Shown in pieces: positions 10,000 through 19,200 of a stretch of DNA of 64,000 nucleotides (the stretch's first letter is position 1; every line of letters starts with the position of its first letter). The position numbers and the translations under genes were made by a program. The stretch covers positions 2,905-66,904 of the forward strand of contig CALMFM010000156.1 of the NCBI GenBank assembly GCA_937862575.1. Direction: 5' to 3'. The DNA comes from an uncultured Bacillota bacterium (lineage in GTDB: Bacteria > Bacillota_I > Bacilli_A > Izemoplasmatales > Hujiaoplasmataceae). The notes under the pieces are model-generated. The model was not told where the DNA came from and did not search any database. It was given only the letters and a program-made list of their open reading frames with translations.

Positions 10000-10410
10000 A
10001 TAATCCGACAGGTTAGCGGCGCAGAATGGCGATCTGTAATCGCGAGCAAGGGCTCAAAACAGGAGCAGGACGATTTTGTAAGATCGATTAAGAATTATCG
10101 GGATGATTGGGCGACACGGAAGCAAGCTCTTACCGCCCAATACAAGGGAGATCTTCAGAACCCGGCATACCTGGAAGCCAAATCAGTGTTACAAGCTGAA
10201 GCAGAAACTACGTTGCTTGGATACGGGTTTTATCAAGAAGTTTCAGAAGAAGATCTTGATTTGGAATTTCATGATTCCGTTATCGAAATGGTAAAATCGC
10301 GGCCAGCTTTGATCCTGAAAATCGTTACCAGCATAACGAACTATTACCGGGGCGTAGCGGGAAAACTGCCGCTAGATGAAAAAGAAATAAAAACTAGATT
10401 ATTGTCGTAG
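10000..10410 (+). CDS. hypothetical protein, 136 aa with probable ATA start
   Basis: the frame of ORF 10186 is open back to ATA 10000, which follows GAGGTGG and an in-frame TAA. Confidence 0.6.
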   Translation: MIRQVSGAEWRSVIASKGSKQEQDDFVRSIKNYRDDWATRKQALTAQYKGDLQNPAYLEAKSVLQAEAETTLLGYGFYQEVSEEDLDLEFHDSVIEMVKSRPALILKIVTSITNYYRGVAGKLPLDEKEIKTRLLS

Positions 10411-10419
10411 GTCATCATT

Positions 10420-13185
10420 ATGGCAGAGCAATTTATTCCTGTTACTCCTGTTTTATGCACACCCGGAACATCCGACGCATGGGTTGCGGTAGATGCCGAT
10501 ACATATATTGCGGATCTCCCGGCAGGAGCTACGGGCGTTGCTCTGCGGATCGATACTACTGCTAGCTATAAATGGGGCACCCGAAAAAATGGATCAACGG
10601 ATGACAGATATGATTATCTGTATGGCGGAACCGTGGCCTTTGACCACTGCGGTATTGACGGAAACCATGTGTTCGAGGTCAAAATCGATTCTCTGAACAT
10701 GAATGTCTATATAATAGGGTATTATATAGACGTAACTTTTCTCACCAACGCCACCGATATTAGTCTGTCTACTACGGGAGCATGGACTGATATAGATACA
10801 GGATATGCTTCAGGCATTGGTTGCATCGTCGAGGTAAAAAGCATATCCTCGGATCTATATTTCGGTGTAAGGAAAAATGGTTCGACTGATGGCCGAACCG
10901 AACGTACTAAGTACAAATTTGCAGGGTCGGCAATTGTCGGGTTGGCATCTGGTGTATTAGAACATTATACAAGCAGCACCTCTCTGGATCTGTTTTTAAA
11001 GGCGATTATTACTGGCGGATTCGTTTTTGCGACAAATGCAACGGATCTCAGCTTATCGGACGTTGATTCATATATAGATCTGTCAGTGTTATCGTCTAAT
11101 GCAGTAGCAAATATAGTAGAGATAATAACCAATGGAACAATATATTATGCAGCTCTTAGAAAAAATGGATCGTCCGAAGATCCATCTTTCAAAATATACA
11201 GACATATATTTGGTGTGGTCGAAGCAGACTCTAATGGTGTATCCGAAGGAAAAATTGATGATCTGAGCCTCGATTTCTGGGGAATTGGATATGCGATACC
11301 TGCATCTGAGGGTGGCCCCTACGAACTTACCTGTTCTTCTTCTCGCGGAGTATCTTTTCTTGCGACCCAGGAGAAAGGTATTCTTAGACAGGGAATGTTA
11401 CCTTCAAAAGGTATAGATTATGCAGTTTCTATAGAAAAAACGTTACATAATACATCTATATTGTCCAAAGAAACTTCGGGAGTAACAATTGGTCAGGAAA
11501 GAGCAAATCATCAAGCAGATTTTTCTATTTTAAGCGTTGGATCTTCGGATTTTGGTAGTTTAAAGATGGGACATCGTGGTTTTTGGGGCTCTTCTGGTGT
11601 AGGATATGTTAATAATTTATCTAAATTATTAATGGAAATTGAGATTTCTTGTCAATCCGTAGGCTGGACAGATGCTTTTAAAGAAGTAAATCGGAAAGAG
11701 GTTTTAACCTCAAATATAATTGGATCGATGCTTTCTGAAACAATGCGGTCTAATTATCATTATGGATTGTCGGATTCTGTTGGAATTGGAATATCCTCTT
11801 TTATATCTAAAGCGAATCGCAATTTTTCCTTTTTATCTCAATCCGTTGGATATTCGAGCGACTATTTAGAGTTAATCAGAAGGTTGTTTATAGACTGTAA
11901 AAGTGTTGGTTATTCATTGGAAACGATGAAAAAATTGGTTGAATATCCCGTTTTTTCTCCAGTTATAGGAACATCCGAATCTTTATTAGAATCTTTACAT
12001 AATTCTTCTACCGATTCTTATTCTATACCAGATTCAACCATATCTAAGAAAGTAAATAGACAGGAATCGATATTATCTAAAGATATAGGATTATCTTCTT
12101 CCGTCTTAAAAACAAATCATAATTCAAACTTTACATCTCAATCCATAGGATTATCTGAATCTCAACTTGAACTAATTAGAGAAATAACCGTAAAGTGTGA
12201 GGCAGTTGGAATTTCTACAAGTCTGGTAGAAAAATTAGTTGAATGGGCTATTTCTGCTAATTCCGTGGGTTATTCCAGTTCTTATATTCGAGAAGTTGTA
12301 GAAGGTTTAATAGAATTTATTGTTTCTTCAAGAGGAGTCGGAACAACATCTCAAATTCCAGAAAGAGCTTTACATAAATCAAATTTATCTTCTTTAGGAA
12401 TAACCAACTCTGAATCTTTATTAGAATCTTTACATAATTCTTCTACCGATTCTTATTCTATACCAGATTCAACCATATCTAAGAAAGTAAATAGACAGGA
12501 ATCGATATTATCTAAAGATATAGGATTATCTTCTTCCGTCTTAAAAACAAATCATAATTCAAACTTTACATCTCAATCCATAGGATTATCTGAATCTCAA
12601 CTTGAACTAATTAGAGAAATAACCGTAAAGTGTGAGGCAGTTGGAATTTCTACAAGTCTGGTAGAAAAATTAGTTGAATGGGCTATTTCTGCTAATTCCG
12701 TGGGTTATTCTGATTCCTACATAAGGGCGATTGTAACAGGGTTAATAGAGCTTATTATTTCTTCAAAATCTGTAGGAACGGTATCTTCAACAGAAAGGGC
12801 TTTACACGAATCCAATCTGTCTTCTTTAGGAATAGCCGACTCCGATTCTTTATTAGAGTCTTTACATAATTCTTCTACTGATTCTTATTCTATACCAGAT
12901 TCAACTATATCCAAGAAAGTAAATAGACAGGAATCAATTCTATCAAAAGAGATAGGATATTCGGAAACGGACTTTGAATTATTAAGAAACATTTATATAG
13001 AATCAAACATAATTGGTGAAGCAGCATTTACTAAAAAATCAAATTTTGAGACTGGATTCGAATCTAAGATATATGGGATAAACGTAATTCATTTGGGTGG
13101 ACAAGTTTATTTTGTCTGTCGCGGCAGAATTATTGGAATGTTGGGATCTGGATATGCTAAAAACAGAACAATTGGTGGAATGTAA
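10420..13185 (+). CDS. repeat-rich virion fibre/adhesin protein
   Basis: three ~95-aa N-terminal RKNGS repeats followed by a Ser-rich repetitive stalk. Confidence 0.65.
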   Translation: MAEQFIPVTPVLCTPGTSDAWVAVDADTYIADLPAGATGVALRIDTTASYKWGTRKNGSTDDRYDYLYGGTVAFDHCGIDGNHVFEVKIDSLNMNVYIIGYYIDVTFLTNATDISLSTTGAWTDIDTGYASGIGCIVEVKSISSDLYFGVRKNGSTDGRTERTKYKFAGSAIVGLASGVLEHYTSSTSLDLFLKAIITGGFVFATNATDLSLSDVDSYIDLSVLSSNAVANIVEIITNGTIYYAALRKNGSSEDPSFKIYRHIFGVVEADSNGVSEGKIDDLSLDFWGIGYAIPASEGGPYELTCSSSRGVSFLATQEKGILRQGMLPSKGIDYAVSIEKTLHNTSILSKETSGVTIGQERANHQADFSILSVGSSDFGSLKMGHRGFWGSSGVGYVNNLSKLLMEIEISCQSVGWTDAFKEVNRKEVLTSNIIGSMLSETMRSNYHYGLSDSVGIGISSFISKANRNFSFLSQSVGYSSDYLELIRRLFIDCKSVGYSLETMKKLVEYPVFSPVIGTSESLLESLHNSSTDSYSIPDSTISKKVNRQESILSKDIGLSSSVLKTNHNSNFTSQSIGLSESQLELIREITVKCEAVGISTSLVEKLVEWAISANSVGYSSSYIREVVEGLIEFIVSSRGVGTTSQIPERALHKSNLSSLGITNSESLLESLHNSSTDSYSIPDSTISKKVNRQESILSKDIGLSSSVLKTNHNSNFTSQSIGLSESQLELIREITVKCEAVGISTSLVEKLVEWAISANSVGYSDSYIRAIVTGLIELIISSKSVGTVSSTERALHESNLSSLGIADSDSLLESLHNSSTDSYSIPDSTISKKVNRQESILSKEIGYSETDFELLRNIYIESNIIGEAAFTKKSNFETGFESKIYGINVIHLGGQVYFVCRGRIIGMLGSGYAKNRTIGGM
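11977..12710 (+). repeat. exact ~299-bp intragenic direct repeat (11977-12275 / 12412-12710), period 435 bp
   Basis: identical DNA in both copies; degenerate third partial copy at ~12845-12955. Confidence 0.9.
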
Positions 13186-13205
13186 GTTATTAGGGAAATG
13201 AAATT

Positions 13206-13727
13206 ATGAGACAAAGAAAGCAAAGTACTACAACTTATCCAATTCCGTTTTTTATGAGTGACAGTTCTGACCATATGACAGGAAAAACAGGGCTCTCCCC
13301 AACGGTTACGTTGAGTAAAAACGGGGCCGAGTTTTCTGATGCAGAAGGGACAGTGTCGGAAACGGGAAATGGGTGGTATCTCCTTGCGGCAAATGCGAAT
13401 GATCGGGATACGTTGGGCTCTTTAGTGATTCATGCCGAGGCTTCTGGGTCAGATCCTTTTGATTTTGATTATTATATAGTTGCTTATGATCCCTTTACGA
13501 TTACAGGGTCAAGTACTTTGGATGTAACGGTTACTTGTTCTGATGAGCCAGTCGAGGGAATAACGGTCGAAGTTTATACGTCTGCAAGTAAAATTGGTTT
13601 TGTGGGAAAAACCAGAACTACATCTGCGGGTCTGGCCCATTTTGATATAGATCCGGGAACGTATTATGTTTGGATTTTACATAGTGATTATGAAGCGACA
13701 AATCCTACAACTGTGACGGTGACGTAA
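13206..13727 (+). CDS. virion protein with Ig/prealbumin-like domains
   Basis: TGKTGLSPTV.LSKNG..F; T...G.A.F...PGTY. Confidence 0.6.
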   Translation: MRQRKQSTTTYPIPFFMSDSSDHMTGKTGLSPTVTLSKNGAEFSDAEGTVSETGNGWYLLAANANDRDTLGSLVIHAEASGSDPFDFDYYIVAYDPFTITGSSTLDVTVTCSDEPVEGITVEVYTSASKIGFVGKTRTTSAGLAHFDIDPGTYYVWILHSDYEATNPTTVTVT

Positions 13728-13728
13728 T

Positions 13729-14268
13729 ATGACAGAAGTTACGATTCCAGTAACCGGAGTAGTAGACACCGATATAGAATACTGGCTTGCGGCTTACTGG
13801 ACCGGATTAAAAGATTCTTTAGATGACATAAACGTGGCTCTTTATAATGATCTCGTAGCCAATGCCACATCCACTCTTTCTTTGTTCGATACAAGTTTTC
13901 TTACGTCTTCTCAGATTGTTCAAGCGAAAGCTCTTTTGATTTGTATTGATGCTGCCGAATTTTCTAGTGTTGCTGGAAATAGTCAAGAAAAATATTATTC
14001 TAAATTGAAAATATATGATCGTACAATGGAAAAGGCTATTGGTCTTGATTCTTTTACCGGATCATTTTGTAGATTGTTGAAGATTACCTTAAATGAATAT
14101 AATAGTAAAACTTCTACAGTAAGAAATGTTATTTATACTAAGACGAGAAGTAACAGTATATATTTAGCTCCTAATATGGACAATAGAGGGAGAGTTTATC
14201 GGGATTATGATCTTGTGGATATAGTTACAGATAGGAAATCTTATCCTCTCGATAATCGATATATCTAA
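13729..14268 (+). CDS. putative head-tail adaptor
   Basis: helical ~180 aa; synteny only. Confidence 0.4.
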   Translation: MTEVTIPVTGVVDTDIEYWLAAYWTGLKDSLDDINVALYNDLVANATSTLSLFDTSFLTSSQIVQAKALLICIDAAEFSSVAGNSQEKYYSKLKIYDRTMEKAIGLDSFTGSFCRLLKITLNEYNSKTSTVRNVIYTKTRSNSIYLAPNMDNRGRVYRDYDLVDIVTDRKSYPLDNRYI

Positions 14269-14330
14269 TGAAAAAAAATTTTTTTTGAGGTGAAATTAAT
14301 TTTATATTTTGTAAAAAAAGATATTATATT

Positions 14331-14349
14331 TAATTCATATTTTTAAATA
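14331..14349 (+). promoter_or_regulatory. putative late promoter motif, copy 3
   Basis: TAATTCATATTTTTAAATA. Confidence 0.75.
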
Positions 14350-14406
14350 TTTTATTAATAATTGGTTTCATTTTGGAAATAGAAATAAAAGAAATGAGGT
14401 CTCTGC

Positions 14407-14760
14407 GTGGATGACGAATATTTATATAGAGAGCTGAAGAATATTTCCAATAAACAGAGTAGTATGGAGGCTCATATTGAAGAATTAAAGACAAAAGTAG
14501 ATAAGATTGGTGATTGGAAAGATGATGTTCTTATAGCGCTCCAGACATGTAAATATTATATGGAGGCTAATGAAAATTTACCTCAAGAGGTTAAAAATTT
14601 AACAAAATCTCTTGAAAAACTTAAGGATAAAACGGAAGGAGAGGAGGAACAGAACAAAGAAGTTCGAAAGGATACGAAATTTTTAATGAGTTGGTATTTA
14701 CGCCTTTCTGGGCTTGCTCTTATGATTACTGCAATTGGAGCTATTTATAAATTTATTTAA
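14407..14760 (+). CDS. coiled-coil protein with C-terminal TM (possible lysis accessory)
   Basis: heptad-like region plus terminal hydrophobic helix; GAGGT SD. Confidence 0.55.
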   Translation: MDDEYLYRELKNISNKQSSMEAHIEELKTKVDKIGDWKDDVLIALQTCKYYMEANENLPQEVKNLTKSLEKLKDKTEGEEEQNKEVRKDTKFLMSWYLRLSGLALMITAIGAIYKFI

Positions 14761-14777
14761 TTCATATTTTTAAAATA
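14758..14777 (+). promoter_or_regulatory. putative late promoter motif, copy 4
   Basis: TAATTCATATTTTTAAAATA. Confidence 0.75.
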
Positions 14778-14812
14778 TCATTTCTTAATTAAAGAATACG
14801 AAATAACACAAA

Positions 14813-15379
14813 ATGATAGGAAACGAATTAATAGAAGTTCAACGCCCAAATACATATATATTATCTTCTGTTGCGGGTACTGGTAAGGTTCCCACTGCTC
14901 AACCTCCAACTAACGGTTGTTATATTAGGGTAGAGGGGACGGGGACAGCGGGATCGATAGTTATTTCTGGTACGGTTGATGGCGAATCAACTACAGAAAC
15001 CATTTCTTCTTTTGATGATGAAAATATAGGTTTTGGTACAAAATTATTTACTGCGATAACCTCTGTCAATATAATAGGGTTTACTTCTGCTATACTTTAT
15101 CCTGCTACAGAGAGCGGAGAAAAAATAAACCTATCTTCGTATACAACCTTTAATATTTTAGCCGATTCCTATATAAAATTTTTGGGAGAATTTTCTGGAC
15201 AATATACTGAATTTGCTGGTCATCGGAATAAAATTTATAGATCTTTGATGTATGATAGAAGATTTACTTTGCAAAGAGAGGATTTGATAACGTTAGATGG
15301 AGAACCGTTAACGGTTGTTGATGTATCTTCTCAACATGGAATCTACTGTGCCCTTTTAACTACGTCAAGGACGGGTTAA
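14813..15379 (+). CDS. head-closure-like virion protein
   Basis: C-terminal L...D.I..DGE...V..V pattern; synteny. Confidence 0.45.
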   Translation: MIGNELIEVQRPNTYILSSVAGTGKVPTAQPPTNGCYIRVEGTGTAGSIVISGTVDGESTTETISSFDDENIGFGTKLFTAITSVNIIGFTSAILYPATESGEKINLSSYTTFNILADSYIKFLGEFSGQYTEFAGHRNKIYRSLMYDRRFTLQREDLITLDGEPLTVVDVSSQHGIYCALLTTSRTG

Positions 15380-15381
15380 AA

Positions 15382-15789
15382 ATGAATTCGGATATCGGAA
15401 AAATATCTGCCGAAATGGAACAATTCGTTTTAGAAAAGTGGGCAAGAACGGAAGTAGCAGTTAGTAAATTTTCTAATGATGCGGAAAATGAGATGAGATT
15501 GACAGCTCCGGGACCAGATACGGGAACACTAGACAAATCCATAAAATCGGAGGTGGTTCCGTCTGGAAATTTTATGGATTCTCTTTCCATATTAGTTATG
15601 ACTAAAATTGAGGATAATAAGAATCCTAATAATGGAGAGTCGGCTATGAATTATGGTCGATGGTGGAATGACGGGCATTATAATATTTTTTTAAGAAGAA
15701 GTGTTCCGCCGTGGTATTTTATGGAAAAGGGATCAAAAATCGCATATGAAAAACTTTGTATTAACCTGAATAGTATTTGGAAGTGGTAA
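15382..15789 (+). CDS. HK97 gp10-like tail completion protein
   Basis: AP..DTGTL.KSI, YG.W.NDGH, P..FMEK. Confidence 0.7.
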   Translation: MNSDIGKISAEMEQFVLEKWARTEVAVSKFSNDAENEMRLTAPGPDTGTLDKSIKSEVVPSGNFMDSLSILVMTKIEDNKNPNNGESAMNYGRWWNDGHYNIFLRRSVPPWYFMEKGSKIAYEKLCINLNSIWKW

Positions 15790-15794
15790 TTTTT

Positions 15795-16217
15795 ATGGTT
15801 TTTCTTGATCCAATTGCTACAATGGTAAAAAAGGCAAGGGCCAACACTACGTTAACTGCTCTTGTCTCTGCTTCAAAAATTCATGAAGGATATATGCCAG
15901 ATACTCCAGACATTAAAGGAGTATATCTTCATAGCGGAAGATCTCCTTTAAAGCAAATAGTTTCCTCTTCCAATCAATCTAATCATGTTATGACTGGTCC
16001 GGGAAGATGGCAAGTAGATGTTCTTTCTAATGAAAGTGCCAGTAATGCTACAAAAATTGCCAGAACTTTTTGTGAAGCTGTAATGCCATCGGTTCCAACA
16101 GCGGGTTTATTTGTCATAAATTATGAGGAGAGAGATACTGATTGGGATACTGGGTATATGTGTTATAGAAGTACCTTTAGAATTGAGTGTCCTTATAGAG
16201 AGTGGATTACTATTTGA
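15795..16217 (+). CDS. tail terminator protein
   Basis: L.ALV...I, WQVDV, D.DTG...R; synteny. Confidence 0.6.
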   Translation: MVFLDPIATMVKKARANTTLTALVSASKIHEGYMPDTPDIKGVYLHSGRSPLKQIVSSSNQSNHVMTGPGRWQVDVLSNESASNATKIARTFCEAVMPSVPTAGLFVINYEERDTDWDTGYMCYRSTFRIECPYREWITI

Positions 16218-16225
16218 TTTTTATT

Positions 16226-16244
16226 TAATTCATATTTTTAAATA
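16226..16244 (+). promoter_or_regulatory. putative late promoter motif, copy 5
   Basis: TAATTCATATTTTTAAATA upstream of the tape measure gene. Confidence 0.75.
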
Positions 16245-16284
16245 ATATATTTTAAGTCAAGGTTTATCGATTTAACGATTTTCT

Positions 16285-19200
16285 ATGGCAGGCTCTCAAT
16301 ATTATACGCAGTTTTCTTTTAAAGCAACTGGACTTCAAAAGGTTCTTTCGGATTTTCAAAAGACTGCGACTAAGATTCAGGCTCAGAGCGCTTCTATAGG
16401 AAAAGTTAATTTTGCGGGAATGAATTCGGCTCTTCCCGTTCTTAAAAATATAGATAATACTTTAATGTTAATGGCAAAACATGCCAACCTGCTTTCTTCT
16501 TCTGGCGCTAAACTGGGGAGCGCCTTTACTCCTATGGCTTCGGGAGCGGCGAAAGCGGCAACGAGCGTTAAATCCGTTTCGGCTTCGATGACTCAAGCAC
16601 AAGCGGCTTCGGGCGGTCTTTCTGCCTCTATGACAAAAACCAAGGGATCTCTTATTTCTCTTGGAACTACGGGGAAATCGGCGTTTGGTAGTATTATTTC
16701 TGGAGCGGGAAAGGCATCTGCTGCGGTAAATTCTATTTCTATGTCAGCATCAAATGCTGCCAGGTCTCTAGGGAGAATGTCTTTAGTTACCGCATCTGCG
16801 GGAGTGTCTGCGGGATCAAAAGGAATGGCAAAGTGGACAGCTCCTCTTGCAGCGGGCGCTCTTTCTACTTATGGTCAAGTCAAAGATATTGCTGCAATAA
16901 CTGCCGGTTATGGTCTTTATAAATCTATGCAGGTAGAACATTCTGCGTCTGAAGCGGCTGCTAAGTCCTGGACTAAAGGAATGACAAAAGAGGATTTGGA
17001 AGCTATAAAACAAAACGTTATTGCTGTGTCCAAATCTGGAGCGGGAGAATCAATTTACGGGTCTGACGAAAAAGCTTCATTCCTGGCAGAATATGCGGCT
17101 ATGGGTGGTAATGTAACTGCTGGAAATTTCCAAAAGTCAACAATGGATTTATTTACCAATTATGCCCAGGCTATTGGTGGAGAACTTAATCAGTCTGCTC
17201 AAGATTTAATTTCTCAAAATATGATGTGGTATCAGGGAGAAGATGTTTTTAAAGAACAGAATCTCCAAAAAACAGGCGATATGAATGCCGTATTGCTTGC
17301 CCAAACGAGACTTGCCGCCGAAGATTTAATAAATTTATCAAAAGCGGGGGCGCCAGTTGCTAAAACGTATGGATTATCCCAAGAAGAATTTTTGGCTGCT
17401 GCGGGTGGGCTGTCTCAGATGGGTAGGTCTCCGCAACAGGCAAGTACCGATATTCGCAGGCTTCTTTTGAGGGGAACTCCCAGTATTTCTAATCAAGAAA
17501 AGATGCAAGCGTACCAAGAGGGGGTCATGAATGAAGAGGGACAAATGGTGGATGAAGAGGGGAAGGTAATTTCTCAACCCGCCGTTAATACCGCTCTTCA
17601 ACAGTTGGGGATGACCTGGGAAGATTTGAATGTAGAAAAGGCGGGTGGGCTCGCCAATTTAATGGACAAAATCGCCAATAAGATGGAAGAGTCGGGAATG
17701 TCCGAGCTTGATCAGCAAGCTTGGATGAAAACGGTATATGGTATTCAGGGTGTAACTCCTACTGCAATGTTAGCTCAGGGAAAAGATTATATTGCCGATT
17801 TACAAGCTAAACTAGAGAATTCGTCTGGAGGTATGCAAACAATGGCAGAAACCGAGACGGATAATCTTTGGGGTTCTACCAAAAAATTAATGGCAAATTT
17901 AGAAACCTCTGCAACTGCTCTTGGTGATAAATTAAATCCCAAGATGAAAATGTTTGTAGATTATCTCAATAACTCTGCCGTTCCTGGATTAAATAAACTT
18001 GGTTCTGCGGTTTTATCTGGAAATTGGAAAGATGCTGCTGGAATTATAGGTGGCGCTTATGATGTTATAAAAGAGAAAAGTGTTGATACTTTTGAATATT
18101 TAGCAGAGATTCTAACCGATGGAGATACTTGGTCAGAATGGGGAGATATTCTAAAAGGAGCAATAACTGTAGGAATAGAAGATCTTAAATCTTTAAGTGA
18201 ATATTTTTCAGATTTTGTTTCGGGTGGAGGAATTTCAGATCTTTTATCTGGGGCTTCCGATTGGGTTCGAGATGTTTTAAGTGCTTTCGATTCCGCAGAT
18301 TGGAGTACTACGGTTAGCAATTTCTCTAATTCTCTGGGTTCGGCTTTTGATCAGGTAAGTGAGTGGCTTGGAAACGAATTAGGAAGGGTTGATTGGGTAT
18401 CTTTTGGGGGAAAGGTCGGTGGGGCTCTTGCTGGCGCGGCAAAGTGGTTACTTGATAGAGCAAAAGGACTTCCTTGGGAAGAGTTAACCACTACCGTATC
18501 AGATGCTTTGACTGGCTTTGTGTTGGGAATAGATTGGGGAGAAGCGGTTAGCAGTGCCCTTACTACGGGTATTGATATCGGAGAACAACTAATAAAAGGA
18601 ATTTGGAATTCGAATTTGGTAAAAGCATTTGCCAATGTTGGTATTGGAATTTATAACGCTTTTGTTCCTATGCTTAAAGAAGTCGTGAGAGTTTATGACA
18701 TAATGCTTCAAACAATAGAGGGATATGTCAATAGTCTTGTTAAATCTGTAGAAAATGCATATACGAATGTTGAAAATTTTGTTCGTGGTATTTTGGGGAT
18801 GAAGGAACTTGGAGAAAATACCACGGAGACGAGCGAAGAGAATTCTACTGCCGCTACCAATACAGGATTTTCCGATTCTTCAAAAATAGAGGTAAAAGAG
18901 GCGAATATTAATGTTGTCAATGGTATAGTAAGTACCGCTTCTCACGAGGCAATTAACAAAGGACAAACTTATTATACAAAAGGAAAAGAGATACTTACAG
19001 AAGAAGAGTTTAAAATTTTCGAATATAGTCCCAGTGAATGGACTGCTCATACTGCAAACTTAGAAGATAATAATGACCTAAGCAATGCTATTATAATTCA
19101 ACAAGACGATATAGGCAAATTCAAAACATTATATGATCTTTATGGAGAAGAAACAGCTAAGAAAGCACTTTCTTCTAAAAATGAGGAAAATAAAGAACAG

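Noticed and set aside
11977-12710. DGR template/variable repeat pair
   Set aside because: The copies are identical and in frame within one gene, with no adenine-specific variation and no reverse transcriptase in the window.
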